From assembly GCA_965227295.1 (NCBI GenBank), contig OZ245742.1, positions 1,472,001 to 1,536,000 on the forward strand: a DNA stretch of 64,000 bases. Direction: 5' to 3'. Of this stretch, positions 62,641 through 64,000 are shown piece by piece (the first letter of the stretch is position 1; each line of letters starts with the position of its first letter). Below the pieces are notes generated by a model. It saw only the letters and a list, made by a program, of their open reading frames with translations, made no database searches and had not been told where the DNA came from. The translations under genes were made by a program, and so were the position numbers. Source of the DNA: Leptonemataceae bacterium (GTDB lineage: Bacteria; Spirochaetota; Leptospiria; Leptospirales; Leptonemataceae).

Positions 62641-63563
62641 GCCAGGAGCGCGTCGTCGTACTCGGCGCGGCCGGTTACCTGGGACGTCCGCTGGTGAGCG
62701 CCCTGGCGGCAAGGGGCTACGACGTGCGGGCCTTTGATCGTCTGAAGCCGACGGATGCCGGCGACAAAGGGGAGTGGATCAGCGGTGACTTTTTTAACGA
62801 AACGCATCTATGCGAGGCTCTGCGTGAACGAGACGTCGTCTACCACCTCATTGCCACGCGATTGCCGGCACCGTCCAATGAAGACCCCCTGGCGGACGCA
62901 GCGGAGAATATCGTCGGCTCGCTGCGCTTGTTAAACCTGTGCGTTGCGGAAGGCGTTAAAAGGATCGTTTTTGTTTCTTCGGGCGGCGGGATCTACGGTA
63001 ATATTCAGGCAGAGTATCTTAGCGAAGATCTGAACGTTCGGCCGGTTTGTGCCTACGGAATATCCAAACTGGCTGTCGAGAAATACCTGGCGCTTTATCA
63101 TCATTTGCATGGAATGCAGTATTGCGCCTTACGCGTCGGTAATCCCTACGGCGGGGAGCAGCGTCTGGATCGTCCTCAGGGCCTCGTAACTCAGAGCCTC
63201 GCGAAGGCCCTGCGCGATGAGGCCGTAGAAATCTGGGGTGACGGTAGCGTCGTTCGTGATTTTTTGCACATCGACGATGTGGTGGAGGCGCTACTGCGCG
63301 CGATGCATTACGCAGGCGAGGCGAGAGTGATGAACGTCGCCAGCGGGATCGGCCGTAGTGTGAACGAGGTGCTCGACGCCGTCGACGCTGTGCTCGGACG
63401 TAAGCTGCGGCGTAAGTATTTGCCCGGCCGGCCGGCGGATGCCCGACGTGTGGTGCTGGACTGTTCCCTGGCGGAGCGAGAGTTGCACTGGCGTGCCGGG
63501 GTCGAATTTGAAGACGGTCTGCGCCGCAGCGCTGAAGAGATGCGGGCACGGATTTCCGGTTAA
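62637..63563 (+). CDS. NAD-dependent epimerase/dehydratase
   Basis: GAAGYLG, SSGG.IYG, YGISK, LR..NPYG, IWGDGSVVRDF. Confidence 0.85.
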   Translation: MSQERVVVLGAAGYLGRPLVSALAARGYDVRAFDRLKPTDAGDKGEWISGDFFNETHLCEALRERDVVYHLIATRLPAPSNEDPLADAAENIVGSLRLLNLCVAEGVKRIVFVSSGGGIYGNIQAEYLSEDLNVRPVCAYGISKLAVEKYLALYHHLHGMQYCALRVGNPYGGEQRLDRPQGLVTQSLAKALRDEAVEIWGDGSVVRDFLHIDDVVEALLRAMHYAGEARVMNVASGIGRSVNEVLDAVDAVLGRKLRRKYLPGRPADARRVVLDCSLAERELHWRAGVEFEDGLRRSAEEMRARISG

Positions 63564-63573
63564 GTTACTCTAA

Positions 63574-64000
63574 ATGAATTCTAAAATGAAAAGCGTACTT
63601 GTGACCGGGGGCGCGGGATTCATCGGCGCCAACTTCGTACATTACGTGTTGCGAAACGAACTCGTTGATCGGCTTACGGTTCTGGACAAACTTACGTATG
63701 CCGGAAATCTAAAATCGCTGGCGCAATTCGAAGACGACGCACGACTGAGTTTTGTCCAGGGCGACATCGGCGATGCCGGAGCCGTTCGGGAGTTGCTTGG
63801 CAAGAGCGATTTTTCTCACGTTGCCCACTTCGCTGCGGAATCCCACGTCGATCGTTCGATTCTGGGCCCCGAGGAATTCATTCGTACGAACGTGCTGGGT
63901 ACGTTTCATCTGCTCGAAGAACTGCGCCGCGCCGGCTGGCAGAGCGGTGACGGTCGTCGCTGCCTGCACGTCTCCACGGACGAGGTCTACGGCTCGCTGG
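63574..64000 (+). CDS. rfbB: dTDP-glucose 4,6-dehydratase, 5' part (cut by the window end; absent from the ORF track)
   Basis: Translated by hand: MNSKMKSVLVTGGAGFIGANFV...DKLTYAGNL...HFAAESHVDRSI.GP..FI.TNV.GT..LLE...HVSTDEVYGSL. Confidence 0.92.
   Translation, partial: MNSKMKSVLVTGGAGFIGANFVHYVLRNELVDRLTVLDKLTYAGNLKSLAQFEDDARLSFVQGDIGDAGAVRELLGKSDFSHVAHFAAESHVDRSILGPEEFIRTNVLGTFHLLEELRRAGWQSGDGRRCLHVSTDEVYGSL

Overview
A 64-kb, roughly 60% GC segment of a very large surface-polysaccharide (rfb/O-antigen-type) locus that continues past the right edge. It holds about 59 genes, all on the + strand except one antisense 6-phosphogluconolactonase. It opens with an EPS-associated MarR-family regulator and fcl, an arrangement reminiscent of Leptospira rfb loci (taxonomy is inferred). 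It carries five NeuB-type synthase domains, five CMP-sugar transferase domains and two NeuC. It also has a pseudaminic-like module, an aldolase/AroB-like/KdsB module, a GDP-heptose/TPP-E1/B12-radical-SAM module, wzm/wzt and many transferases. Two non-genic signals stand out. (1) A dispersed bipartite palindrome, TAA-N17-TTA (consensus about CTAAC-N15-GTTAG), found by hand at 30 exact sites, both at gene junctions and inside ORFs, where it coincides with rare codons. (2) A family of REP-like intergenic elements made of covarying GNA-triloop hairpins. All protein calls come from motif recognition by eye; no database searches were run.
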